This document shows, in pieces, positions 53,420 through 63,004 of a DNA stretch of 64,000 nucleotides; positions within the stretch are counted from its first letter, which is position 1; each line of letters starts with the position of its first letter. The DNA is from Nitrospirota bacterium (GTDB taxonomy: Bacteria; Nitrospirota; Nitrospiria; 2-01-FULL-66-17). The stretch lies in the NCBI GenBank assembly GCA_049325335.1, contig JBMOMC010000001.1, forward strand, positions 64,001-128,000, given 5' to 3'. The notes below the pieces were generated by a model, which ran no database searches, was not told the origin of the DNA, and worked only from the letters and a program-made list of their open reading frames with translations. Made by a program: the position numbers and the translations under genes.

Positions 53420-56400
53420 ATGGGCTTCACGGATATCTTCATCAAGCGGCCGGTGTTGGCCGCGGTGGTCAGTTTAATGATCCTGCTACTGGGCCTGCGC
53501 GCGTGGACCGAATTGAACGTGCGCCAATACCCGGAGATGAAAAACGCCGTGGTCACGGTTGCGACCACGTTTATCGGCGCCGACTCCGAATTAATCCAGG
53601 GATTCATCACCTCGCCGCTCGAGCGCGAAATATCGAGCGCGCAAGGCATCGACTATATCCAGTCCACTAGTCTTCCCGGGGTGAGCTCGATCCAAATCTT
53701 TCTTCGCTTAGACTACGATCCGAACGAAGCCTTGACCCAAATCGCGGCGAAGGTGAACAAGGTTCGGCGCGAGCTGCCCGAAGGCAGCGAAGACCCGGTC
53801 ATCGAACTGTCCGTCGGCGAGACCATCGCCGCGATGTATTTGAGCTTTTACAGCACCATCCTCGACAACAATCAAATCACCGACTACCTGGTCCGCGTCA
53901 TCGAACCCAGGTTGTCCACGCTCCCGGGCGTGCAACGGGCGCTGATCATCGGCGATCGCACCTTTGCCATGCGGATCTGGCTCAAGCCGGAACGGCTGGC
54001 CGCGCTCAACCTCACCGCGAGCGACATCCAAACCGCGCTCCAGGCCAACAACGTGCAGGCGGCTGTGGGCGCCACCAAGGGCGCGATGGTCTCGGTGGAT
54101 CTCAAAGCCAACACCGACCTCCAGACGGCGGAGCAGTTTCGCAATCTGGTGATTCGCTCCGAGGGCGACGCGATCGTTCGTCTGGGCGACGTCGCCGACG
54201 TGGTGCTGGGCGCAGAAACCTACAACACCGCGGTCTCGTTCAACGGCCTGAGCGCCACGTTCATCGGCGTCGAAGTGGCGCCGGACGCGAACGCGCTCGA
54301 CGTGGTCGAGCGGGTACGTCACGAGTGGCCCGATATCCTGCGCCAACTGCCGCAGGGTCTGGAAGCGAATATCCCGTACGACAGCACGCGATATATTCGC
54401 AACGCCATCAACGAAGTCGTGTTCACGCTCGGCGAGGCGGTCCTGATCGTGATCGTGGTGATCTTCCTGTTCCTCGGGTCGCTGCGCTCCGTAATCATTC
54501 CCGCGGTCACGGTGCCGCTGTCGATCATCGGCGCCTTGTTCCTGATGTGGGTCATGGGTTTCTCCATCAACCTGCTGACGTTGTTGGCCATGGTGCTGGC
54601 CATCGGCATGGTGGTGGACGACGCGATCATCGTGTTGGAGAACATCCATCGCCACATCGAAGACGGCATGAAACCGTTCGACGCCGCGATCAAAGGGGCG
54701 CGCGAATTGGGCCTGCCCGTCATCGCCATGACCGTCACCCTGGTCGCGGTGTACCTGCCCATCGGCTTTATCGGCGGATTGACCGGCGCGTTGTTCGTAG
54801 AGTTCGCTTTCGCGCTCGCGGGCGCGGTGCTGCTCTCCGGCGTGATCGCGTTAACGCTCTCGCCCATGATGTGCGCCCGGCTGCTCCGCCCGCGCAACAA
54901 AGGCGGCGGGCACCGTCTGGAACTGTGGCTGGATCGCCAATTCGACCGGCTGCGGCGCGGGTATCAACAACGTCTGCACGGCGCGCTCGACGACAAACAC
55001 GTCATCGCCGTGTTCGGCGTGATCGTGCTGGCGAGCACGTATTTCTTGTACCAGACCTCGCCGCGGGAGCTGGCGCCGGAAGAGGACCAGGGTATCGTCC
55101 TCATTTTTTCGCAGAGCGACCCCTACTCCTCGCTGGACTATCTGACCCAATTCACCAACGAGTTAACCACGATCGCCAACGCCATTCCGGAAAAGGAAAA
55201 CTACTTCCTGATGAACGGCGTGGGAGGCAGCGGGTCCGCGGTCGGTACCAACACCGCGATCTCCGGCATCGTGTTCAAACCGTGGGACGAACGCGACCGC
55301 ACCACCAAGGACGTCCTACAGGAGGTCCAACAAAAGGCCGGAGAGGTCGCGGGGTTGATGAACGCGGTGTTCGCCCCGCCCCCGTTGCCCACCGGCGGCA
55401 TGGGATTCCCGGTGGAATTCGTGATCGCCAGCACCCAGCCGGTGCAAGCGTTACACGACGCCAGCAACGAGATTCTCCAGCGCGGCATGGCGAGCAAACA
55501 ATTCATCTTTATGGACACGGACCTCAAAATCGACAAACCGCAGATCCACATCGACATTGATCGCGATAAGGCCGCGTTGCTCGGCATCGACATGCGCCAA
55601 CTGGGGAGCGAACTCGCGGCCATGATGTCCGGAGGCTACGTGAACCGGTTTTCCATGGAAAGCCGCAGCTACAAGGTCATTCCGCAGGTCCAACGCACGG
55701 ACCGGCTCAACCCCGACCAACTCACCCAGTACTACACGCGCACCCGGTCCGGGGACCTGGTGCCGCTCTCCACCCTCGTGACCTTGCGCGAATCCGTGGA
55801 ACCGCAACAACTCAAACGCTTCCAACAGTTAAACGCCGTGGTCATCTCGGGCGTGCCGCGCCCCGGCGTCACATTGGGCGACGCCCTGAGCGTGCTGGAG
55901 CAAGCCGCGGCCGAGGTGCTGCCACCTGGTTACGCCGTGGACTACGCGGGCCAGTCCCGCCAGTACAAGACCGAGGGCGCGGCATTGGTGCTGACCTTCT
56001 TCTTCGCGCTGATCATCATTTACCTGGTCCTCGCCGCGCAGTTCGAGAGTTTCCGCGACCCCATCATCATGCTGGTCACGGTGCCCATGTCCATCTGCGG
56101 CGCGCTGATCTTTGTGAGCCTCGGCCTCACCACCGTGAACATCTACACCCAGGTGGGCCTGGTCACCCTCATCGGCGTGATCAGCAAACACGGCATCCTG
56201 ATCGTGGAGTTCGCCAACCGGCTCCAGGAACAGGGCCGAGCCAAACGCGAAGCTATCGAAGAAGCCGCCTCCATTCGCCTGCGCCCGGTCCTGATGACCA
56301 CCGCGGCCCTCGTGCTCGCCGTGGTCCCGTTGCTGACCGCCACCGGCCCCGGCGCCGCCGCGCGCTTTGCCATCGGCCTGGTCATCGCCACCGGCATGAC

Positions 56401-56527
56401 CATCGGCACCGCGTTCACGCTGTTCGTGGTGCCCGCGGTCTATCTGTACTTGGGAAGAGACTACGCGGCACAGCGCGCCGGAGAAACTGCTTCGGTTATG
56501 CCAACATCGGGCCGGGCAACCGCGTAG
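53420..56527 (+). CDS. RND efflux permease (AcrB family, MexI/MexW-like)
   Basis: FIKRPV.A, GMVVDDAI.V.ENI, K.GILIVEFA, RLRPVLMT. Confidence 0.95.
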   Translation: MGFTDIFIKRPVLAAVVSLMILLLGLRAWTELNVRQYPEMKNAVVTVATTFIGADSELIQGFITSPLEREISSAQGIDYIQSTSLPGVSSIQIFLRLDYDPNEALTQIAAKVNKVRRELPEGSEDPVIELSVGETIAAMYLSFYSTILDNNQITDYLVRVIEPRLSTLPGVQRALIIGDRTFAMRIWLKPERLAALNLTASDIQTALQANNVQAAVGATKGAMVSVDLKANTDLQTAEQFRNLVIRSEGDAIVRLGDVADVVLGAETYNTAVSFNGLSATFIGVEVAPDANALDVVERVRHEWPDILRQLPQGLEANIPYDSTRYIRNAINEVVFTLGEAVLIVIVVIFLFLGSLRSVIIPAVTVPLSIIGALFLMWVMGFSINLLTLLAMVLAIGMVVDDAIIVLENIHRHIEDGMKPFDAAIKGARELGLPVIAMTVTLVAVYLPIGFIGGLTGALFVEFAFALAGAVLLSGVIALTLSPMMCARLLRPRNKGGGHRLELWLDRQFDRLRRGYQQRLHGALDDKHVIAVFGVIVLASTYFLYQTSPRELAPEEDQGIVLIFSQSDPYSSLDYLTQFTNELTTIANAIPEKENYFLMNGVGGSGSAVGTNTAISGIVFKPWDERDRTTKDVLQEVQQKAGEVAGLMNAVFAPPPLPTGGMGFPVEFVIASTQPVQALHDASNEILQRGMASKQFIFMDTDLKIDKPQIHIDIDRDKAALLGIDMRQLGSELAAMMSGGYVNRFSMESRSYKVIPQVQRTDRLNPDQLTQYYTRTRSGDLVPLSTLVTLRESVEPQQLKRFQQLNAVVISGVPRPGVTLGDALSVLEQAAAEVLPPGYAVDYAGQSRQYKTEGAALVLTFFFALIIIYLVLAAQFESFRDPIIMLVTVPMSICGALIFVSLGLTTVNIYTQVGLVTLIGVISKHGILIVEFANRLQEQGRAKREAIEEAASIRLRPVLMTTAALVLAVVPLLTATGPGAAARFAIGLVIATGMTIGTAFTLFVVPAVYLYLGRDYAAQRAGETASVMPTSGRATA

Positions 56528-56530
56528 GCC

Positions 56531-56562
56531 CAGCCGATACCCGGGTTGTCGGGTATCGGCTG
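56531..56562. terminator. Perfect 13-bp hairpin after the RND permease
   Basis: cagccgatacccg-ggttgt-cgggtatcggctg; no U-tract, so it may instead be a REP-like element. Confidence 0.45.
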
Positions 56563-56582
56563 CATGTCATATACTGCACTCC

Positions 56583-57083
56583 ATGAAGCGAGTCGCGGAC
56601 CTCGACATCTTTGCCATCTATACCGGCGCGCGGTTCCATGGATCGAGGTCTGAGATCGTGGCCCGGGCGTTGACAAGTCGGCGAACGCGGGACCTCGTGT
56701 GGTTGTTCTTGGCGGTCAACGAGATTCCCTGGAAACGCCTCGCCGTTCCCGCTCGTCTCAAAAAACCACTGCGCCAACAGGGCGAGAAATCCTCTCGCCT
56801 ATCCGCTATATGGCGCACGGCAACTGGTTACTGGCTTGGCCGTCCCTTCCGGATATGGTATGCCGGAGACACGCGGAGCACCGAGACTGCGGTCACTCGA
56901 TCAGAGGAGCAACGATGGCGCGAGAGTATCTGGCTGCGGAAGACGCAATTGACGTCCTCATCACGCATATCGAGTCGATCAGTCGGAAACCGGTTACCGT
57001 TATCCTCCTCGGCGGCCTCGCAATGGCCTGGTACGGCTCATCGCGCCAGACACGGGACCTCGACGCCGAAGTCTCGTCGCTGA
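56583..57083 (+). CDS. Hypothetical protein upstream of the nucleotidyltransferase (3' end uncertain)
   Basis: ATG-started ORF overlapping the next gene by 169 nt. Confidence 0.4.
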   Translation: MKRVADLDIFAIYTGARFHGSRSEIVARALTSRRTRDLVWLFLAVNEIPWKRLAVPARLKKPLRQQGEKSSRLSAIWRTATGYWLGRPFRIWYAGDTRSTETAVTRSEEQRWRESIWLRKTQLTSSSRISSRSVGNRLPLSSSAASQWPGTAHRARHGTSTPKSRR

Positions 57084-57445
57084 CAAAACCACAACTCACA
57101 CGCCTCTGGAAGGCGCTGGACTTTCCCGCCGACCTCAGCGCGGACGTGTCGCATTGGGGCATGATCGACCTGATTCCGGGTTACCGCAAGCGGGCCAAGA
57201 CGATCAGAAAACGGGGCCGAGTCACGGTTCGAATCCTGTCGCCGCTCGACCTAGCCATGTCTAAGCTCCGTGTCATGCGGGACTCCGACATCCAAGACGC
57301 GCGGTTTTTGATCCGCCGATTCAAGATCACGAAGCTGCAGATCCGACGCGCGATGAATCGCATGATCCGGTCCTCCATCCCTTCGACCGACCTATTCTTC
57401 TTCCAGCGGTTCGTTGAAGGGTTTTTGAATGGGCGGTTCCGGTAA
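56915..57445 (+). CDS. Minimal nucleotidyltransferase (DUF6036/AbiEii-like)
   Basis: GAGGAG RBS; LLGG.AM..Y...R.T.DLD, DL..SKL...R.SD..D. Confidence 0.78.
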   Translation: MAREYLAAEDAIDVLITHIESISRKPVTVILLGGLAMAWYGSSRQTRDLDAEVSSLTKPQLTRLWKALDFPADLSADVSHWGMIDLIPGYRKRAKTIRKRGRVTVRILSPLDLAMSKLRVMRDSDIQDARFLIRRFKITKLQIRRAMNRMIRSSIPSTDLFFFQRFVEGFLNGRFR

Positions 57446-57513
57446 CACGAGATCTTTAGTCGGTCATGTACGCGGTCAAGACTTAACTCCAGCACGACTG
57501 GACCGACACGCTC

Positions 57514-58050
57514 ATGAAGCGAAATATCCAGATCTGTCACGAAGGCACCCCAGATGGACCAATCCCCAAAACACTACGCGAGGTCGGGATCTCACGGATT
57601 CTCAACAGACCGATTATAGGATGGTCACATAGTCTCGGTTCGTATGGCATGGGAGGTCCAGGCTTCTGGGGATTCCAATTGGGGAAGACAGGAAACTATC
57701 CAGAAGAGTGGTTAATTCTCACACTTTGGCATTCCGGAGCCTGGCTACGGCTCGATGGTAACAGGCCCGAAACCGTTCCCGAATTCGTCCCCGATTCCGA
57801 CGCTAAGCTTATTGAGTTTCACCGACAAATCGACGAAAGGCTTGAAGAGCTCAAGAGCCTTTTTGTGGGGGCCGTAATAGACGATGCAGAAGTCGCCGAT
57901 ACGTTCTCGAAATTCCATCTCCGCGTTGGGGAGAGCCGACATGTACTCGAAATCCCCAAGACACCACCGGACCAGTGGCGTGCCTGGAGTCCAGAAGAGA
58001 GTCACTGGGACGTATGGGTGGTGTCTCAACACAGTCGCATATTGGTGTGA
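57514..58050 (+). CDS. Hypothetical protein with foreign-looking codon usage
   Basis: 178-aa ORF, GSYGMGGPGFWG motif, more A/T-ending codons. Confidence 0.7.
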   Translation: MKRNIQICHEGTPDGPIPKTLREVGISRILNRPIIGWSHSLGSYGMGGPGFWGFQLGKTGNYPEEWLILTLWHSGAWLRLDGNRPETVPEFVPDSDAKLIEFHRQIDERLEELKSLFVGAVIDDAEVADTFSKFHLRVGESRHVLEIPKTPPDQWRAWSPEESHWDVWVVSQHSRILV

Positions 58051-58087
58051 TCGCGGTCCGACACCCCAACCTCACCCTGGACGAAGA

Positions 58088-58657
58088 ATGAGGGACCTCG
58101 TTAGCGGCTGTCGATGTTGGGAAACGGATGACCCTTTGTTCATCATCTACCGCGACGAATGGGGCGTGCCGGTGCGGGATGATCGGCTGTTGTTCGAGCA
58201 GTTGGTGTTGAGCGGATTTCAGGCCGGGTTGTCGTGGCGGACGATTCTGTATAAGCGCGAGAGTTTTCGGCGCGCGTTCCACAACTTCGAGGCGGATCGA
58301 GTGGCCACCTACGGTATGCGCGATCGCAAACGACTCTTGGCCGATGCGGGCATTATCCGTAATCGGCAGAAGATCGATGCCGCCATCAAGAACGCCAAGG
58401 CCGTACTCACTGTTCGAGAGGAGTTCGGGGCTTTCTCGGACTACTTATGGGATTTTGTCGGCGGACGGCCGATTCGGCGACGACACCCGGGCGGCCAGCA
58501 TCCGGCCCGCTCACCCGAGTCCGACGCATTGTCCAAGGACCTTCAAGTCCGCGGCTTCAGCTTCGTGGGCACGACGATCGTGTATGCGTTCATGCAGGGC
58601 GTCGGGCTGGTGAACGACCACCGGCCGCGATGTCCGCGGGCCAGAGTCCGCCTCTGA
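58088..58657 (+). CDS. tag: Second, divergent DNA-3-methyladenine glycosylase I
   Basis: EWGVPV.DD..LFE, GFQAGLSW, IIRNRQKI, FVG.TIVYAFMQ..G.VNDH...C. Confidence 0.85.
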   Translation: MRDLVSGCRCWETDDPLFIIYRDEWGVPVRDDRLLFEQLVLSGFQAGLSWRTILYKRESFRRAFHNFEADRVATYGMRDRKRLLADAGIIRNRQKIDAAIKNAKAVLTVREEFGAFSDYLWDFVGGRPIRRRHPGGQHPARSPESDALSKDLQVRGFSFVGTTIVYAFMQGVGLVNDHRPRCPRARVRL

Positions 58658-58665
58658 TGACGGGC

Positions 58666-59970
58666 TTAGAGCGCGAAGTCGAATGCCAACAGGACGCGCA
58701 CTTCCCGGAGATCCAATCCTCCGTCCTGCTTCGTCCGTTGCTCGGAGACCTCCGCGTGGAGGAAGACTTCATTTCGCGTGTTGATGGTGAGCGCCTTGCG
58801 CACGGCCGCCACGACCTGGTCGATATCGCCGTCGGATTTTGACACTGTAGGGTCGGGTTGCTGTGTGTTGCGGACCACGTCGTAGCGAGCGATCAGGACC
58901 AGTTCCGGCGACACGTGCCAGTTGGCCTCGACCAACCCGCCGTAAAACTTTCCGTCCTGCGCGGCGGGCTGAATGTCCGCGGTGACGGTGTCGCTGTCGA
59001 TGACGGCGCTCGGGTCGCGTCCCGCCATTCCCATGACCAGGAAATTCACGGATCGCACCGTCAGATTGAAATCGACGCCGTAGCGATAAAACGTCTTGGG
59101 ATTGCGGCCCGTTCCCGGAATCGGCTCGCCCGACAGATCATGTAGGTACGCACTGGCTTCACGGCCGAGGTAACTGAACGCGCCCACGCGTTGCCCGTGC
59201 AGGCGATACGTCACGTGACCGTAGAGATCCGGGCTGAACGGCTCTTTGTTGCCCAGCGCGGTATTATCCCCTTCCACCAGGTCGAGCGTGTACCGCAGTG
59301 AGTCGTCGGCACTGTGCCCCATGAGTTCCACCCCGGTTTGGTTCTCGCTCAGACTCATCTCCACCATGCTTCCGGCCGGTCGATGGTCGTAGATAGGATA
59401 TCCCGCGCCCAGGGTGAGGATCCGCTTCGTACTGAACGGCACATCCATCTCAAAAATCCCGGCTTTGACGTTCAGCCACGGACTCTTGTTGAGATCGTTG
59501 AAACGGATCCAAGCGGACTCCAAACTCAGCCCGGCTTCCGGCGTTCCCACATCCGCCAACACGAACACCAGGTGATAGGAGATCGAGTCCGTCAAGGTGC
59601 CGACGCTTAACACGTCCAGCCCGAAGTCCTGAAAACTTCCTGACCGGATGGTCGCATCAGGGTCCTCCAGCGTGGGCTGGTGCGTCTGGATCGTGTATTC
59701 GAATCCGACCGGGGTTCGGAACGCGATCGGGAAATACGCGCCGGGGAGGTTCACCGGGTTGTCGCGGTCGGTGCCCAGCCGGTAGCCATTGTCACGGAAC
59801 GTGCTGCCGAAATCATTGAGTTTGGGGAACGCCGCGTGGCACAACGTACATGCCGCATCGTATTTCCTGGCGAACGCCGGAATCGCTTGAGACGGCGTCG
59901 CGGTGGCCACGATGACCAGCACGGAGAGCAGACCCGCCAATACATGTATGAACGCCCGTTGTTTCGTCAT
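58666..59970 (-). CDS. Outer-membrane beta-barrel with an N-terminal CxxCH motif
   Basis: Signal peptide, AIPAFARKY..ACTLCH..FPKLN.FG..F..NGY, followed by amphipathic beta-strands. Confidence 0.78.
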   Translation of the reverse strand: MTKQRAFIHVLAGLLSVLVIVATATPSQAIPAFARKYDAACTLCHAAFPKLNDFGSTFRDNGYRLGTDRDNPVNLPGAYFPIAFRTPVGFEYTIQTHQPTLEDPDATIRSGSFQDFGLDVLSVGTLTDSISYHLVFVLADVGTPEAGLSLESAWIRFNDLNKSPWLNVKAGIFEMDVPFSTKRILTLGAGYPIYDHRPAGSMVEMSLSENQTGVELMGHSADDSLRYTLDLVEGDNTALGNKEPFSPDLYGHVTYRLHGQRVGAFSYLGREASAYLHDLSGEPIPGTGRNPKTFYRYGVDFNLTVRSVNFLVMGMAGRDPSAVIDSDTVTADIQPAAQDGKFYGGLVEANWHVSPELVLIARYDVVRNTQQPDPTVSKSDGDIDQVVAAVRKALTINTRNEVFLHAEVSEQRTKQDGGLDLREVRVLLAFDFAL

Positions 59971-60181
59971 GACCGACTTGCCTCCTTGGCTCAGAAGTGC
60001 GTCATGCATTCGTCGGAACCGAGAAAAACTGTAGCAGATCTCTCGTGATCTGGCCACGACGTGAGCGGATGATTGGAAACAAATACGCTCGCGGTGATGC
60101 CCCGCGACTGTTAGACTGTTTGCTCATGTGTGCTCGGCCGGCTCAGGGAAAAAACTTCCTCCGTGGTTTCGTTAACATCGC

Positions 60182-60784
60182 GTGAATCTTCTCTTTCGAA
60201 TGGTCCGGATTCTCTTGGCCGCGGTGTTCGGGGCGCGCCTGGCTCCGCTTGCCGAGTCGGTGGTACGGTTTCGTGTGTGGCCCAACGATCTGGACACCAA
60301 TCTGCACATGAACAACGGCCGGTACCTAACGTTAATGGACTTGGGACGCTTGGACCTGATGTTCCGTACCGGGATCGGCCGCGTGATCGTGACGCAGCGA
60401 TGGCGACCCATGGTGGGCACGGCCGTGATCCGGTTTCGCCGCGGGTTGGCCCCGTTCGAGCGGTATGTTCTCAAGACCAGAATCGTGTCATGGGACGACA
60501 AATGGTTCTGGATCGAGCAACGATTTGAACGAAGCGGCGAGGTAGTGGCGGTCGGCGCGATCAAGGGGCTGTTCAGGGACTCGCGCGGGAATGTCCCGAC
60601 CGCCGAGGTGTTGTCGCTCCTTGGGATGACCGACCCGCCGCAAATTCCGGATTGGCTGCTCGCGTGGCAGCGGGCCGAAGCGGACGCCGCCCGATCGGCG
60701 TCCGCCAAACCCGCGTCACGGGGAGCCACGGGGGAGGACGCATTCCTCACCTCCGCCAGGGCTCTTGACCCTCCGTCACGTTAG
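60182..60784 (+). CDS. Hotdog-fold thioesterase
   Basis: RVWPNDLD.N.HMNNGRYL..MDLGR. Confidence 0.88.
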   Translation: MNLLFRMVRILLAAVFGARLAPLAESVVRFRVWPNDLDTNLHMNNGRYLTLMDLGRLDLMFRTGIGRVIVTQRWRPMVGTAVIRFRRGLAPFERYVLKTRIVSWDDKWFWIEQRFERSGEVVAVGAIKGLFRDSRGNVPTAEVLSLLGMTDPPQIPDWLLAWQRAEADAARSASAKPASRGATGEDAFLTSARALDPPSR

Positions 60785-60877
60785 CCGACCTCCGACAGAT
60801 TTCGCCAACCCTGAGTCGGACCTTGCGACAGCCACCCGTTGTGTGGGACAACAAGCAGTGACTCCGGAGAGCCGTCC

Positions 60878-61579
60878 ATGGCGTCTGAACCATCAGGAAA
60901 CCCCGGCCGGATATCACGTCGCGCGATGTTAATTGCCGCCGGGACCGGCGTTGCCGCGGTTGCGACCGGGTTGTATATGATGCCTCGCTTGGTCAACGGC
61001 GCGCCGGCCACTCGACTGGACTACCCATTTCCCGAGGCGCTGACGGAAAGCGGGTTGCAGCTTGCCCCGACCCCGGCCTGCGCCGACGGTCAGGACGATC
61101 GAACCATTACCCAAACCGAGGGGCCGTACTACACGCCGCGGACGCCCGAACGCACGTCACTGATCGAGCCGGGCATGAAGGGCATTCCGTTGGTGGTCGT
61201 CGGCCGCGTCCTCACTACTGACTGCCAACCGATCCCCGGCGCGGTCTTGGATTTCTGGCAGGCGGACGCCCGAGGCGAGTACGACAACGACGGATACCGA
61301 TTGAGGGGCCATCAGTTCGCGGATCGCTACGGGCAGTTTCGGTTGGAGACCATCAGGCCCGGAGCCTACGGCGACATGATGTTCCGCCGCACGCCCCACA
61401 TCCACGTGAAAGTCCAGGGCAGACGCACTTCTTTGCTCACCACGCAACTGTATTTCCCGAATGAACCGCTCAACACCCAGGACGGCATCTTCGACGAACG
61501 ACTCATGATGAACATCCAACCGAATGGCGATCGACTCGAAGCCCGGTTCGACTTTGTCTTGCAGTCAAGCCGCATCTGA
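60878..61579 (+). CDS. Tat-exported intradiol dioxygenase-like protein
   Basis: SRRAML, EGPYY, WQAD..GEYD, PG.Y, R.PHIH.KV, TQLYF. Confidence 0.87.
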   Translation: MASEPSGNPGRISRRAMLIAAGTGVAAVATGLYMMPRLVNGAPATRLDYPFPEALTESGLQLAPTPACADGQDDRTITQTEGPYYTPRTPERTSLIEPGMKGIPLVVVGRVLTTDCQPIPGAVLDFWQADARGEYDNDGYRLRGHQFADRYGQFRLETIRPGAYGDMMFRRTPHIHVKVQGRRTSLLTTQLYFPNEPLNTQDGIFDERLMMNIQPNGDRLEARFDFVLQSSRI

Positions 61580-61625
61580 CCCGATGCGGCCGGATCATCC
61601 ATCACACGATCACGGCGCGCCTTGC

Positions 61626-62336
61626 ATGACGCGCCTCGTCGCTCTCTGGCTCGGTCTGGTTCTGTTGAGCGTGACGGTCGTTGAGCCGTCCGCCGCGTCC
61701 GACCCGCCACGTCCAGTTGTGGTCTTTGCCGCGGCGAGCTTGAAAGAAGTCGTCACCGAGATCGCGGAGGAGTGGTCGCGGCGACACGCGCGTCCGGTCA
61801 CCCTGTCGTTCGACGCGACATCGATCCTGGCTCGTCAGATCCATGCCGGCGCTCCGGCGGACGTGTTCGTGGCCGCGGCGCCGGAGTGGCTCGACGAGGT
61901 CAACCCCATCACGCGCGAGGACTGGCTGTCCAATCGCCTGGTGTGCGTGGTGCTCAAGAACGTCGCCTCGTTCGATTTAGCGACTGCAGATAGCTTGGCC
62001 TTGGCCAATGAGCAAGTGCCAGCCGGGAAATACGCGCGCGCGGCCCTGAAGTATTTAGGGATCGCGCTCCCCAAGCGCGCGATCTACGGCGCCAACGCGC
62101 GCGACGTGCTCTCCACGGTTGTGGCCGGGGGCGCGCAGGCCGGCATCGTTTACGCCACGGACGCGGCCGTCGAGCCCTCGGTTCGGATCGCCTTGACGCT
62201 CCCCGCCGACAGTCATCCCATGATCGTGTACGCGGCGGGGCTACTGACGACCGAAGGTCAAGGCGTGTTCGACGCATTGCGGGAACCTTGGGCCCTGGCG
62301 ATCGCCCGCCGGCACGGTTTTCTCGAATTCGAATGA
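61626..62336 (+). CDS. modA: Molybdate ABC transporter substrate-binding protein
   Basis: VFAAASL, LA.QI.AGAPADVF, VPAG.YA, GIVY.TDA. Confidence 0.93.
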   Translation: MTRLVALWLGLVLLSVTVVEPSAASDPPRPVVVFAAASLKEVVTEIAEEWSRRHARPVTLSFDATSILARQIHAGAPADVFVAAAPEWLDEVNPITREDWLSNRLVCVVLKNVASFDLATADSLALANEQVPAGKYARAALKYLGIALPKRAIYGANARDVLSTVVAGGAQAGIVYATDAAVEPSVRIALTLPADSHPMIVYAAGLLTTEGQGVFDALREPWALAIARRHGFLEFE

Positions 62337-63004
62337 CGCCGGTCACGCTCTCGCTGCTTGTGGCGGTGACGGCGACGCTCGTCAGCCTGCCCTTCGCCGT
62401 GGCCTCGTCGTGGTTTCTGGAACGCACGCGCGCGCCCGGTCGCGGGGTCTTTCAGACCCTCGTCATGCTCCCGCTCGTTCTCCCGCCCGTGGTGATCGGC
62501 TATTTGCTGTTAAAGCTGTTCTCCCCACGGGGCTGGTTGGGACGCGCGCTAGAAGGCTTCGGGACGCCGGTCGCGTTTCACTGGTTGGGAGCGGTCGTGG
62601 CCGCAGCGGTGGTCGGATTCCCGCTCCTGGTGATGATGACCGGGCTCGCCATGAACGCGATCGACCCCAGACTGGAAACCGTGTCGCGCACATTGGGCCG
62701 GTCGTCCTGGCAGACGTTCTGGCGCGTCACGCTTCCCCTCTCGTGGCCCGGTATGTTGTCCGGAGCCGCGTTGGCCTTCGCGCGCGGGCTGGGCGAGTTC
62801 GGCGCCACCATTGTCTTGGCCGGTCGAATCCCGGGCGAAACCGAGACCATCCCGCTCAAGATCTACGCGGAACTGGACGCGCCGGGCGGCGAGGCTCGCG
62901 TCATGGGCCTAGTCGTGATCTCTGTCGCGATCTGTTTTTTCTGCGTGCTGGGCGCGCGCGCGTTGGACACGCGTTATCGCAAACGTCTGGAACTGGAGCG
63001 ATGA
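62333..63004 (+). CDS. modB: Molybdate ABC transporter permease
   Basis: LPLVLPPVV.G, FAR.LGEFGAT. Confidence 0.94.
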   Translation: MTPVTLSLLVAVTATLVSLPFAVASSWFLERTRAPGRGVFQTLVMLPLVLPPVVIGYLLLKLFSPRGWLGRALEGFGTPVAFHWLGAVVAAAVVGFPLLVMMTGLAMNAIDPRLETVSRTLGRSSWQTFWRVTLPLSWPGMLSGAALAFARGLGEFGATIVLAGRIPGETETIPLKIYAELDAPGGEARVMGLVVISVAICFFCVLGARALDTRYRKRLELER

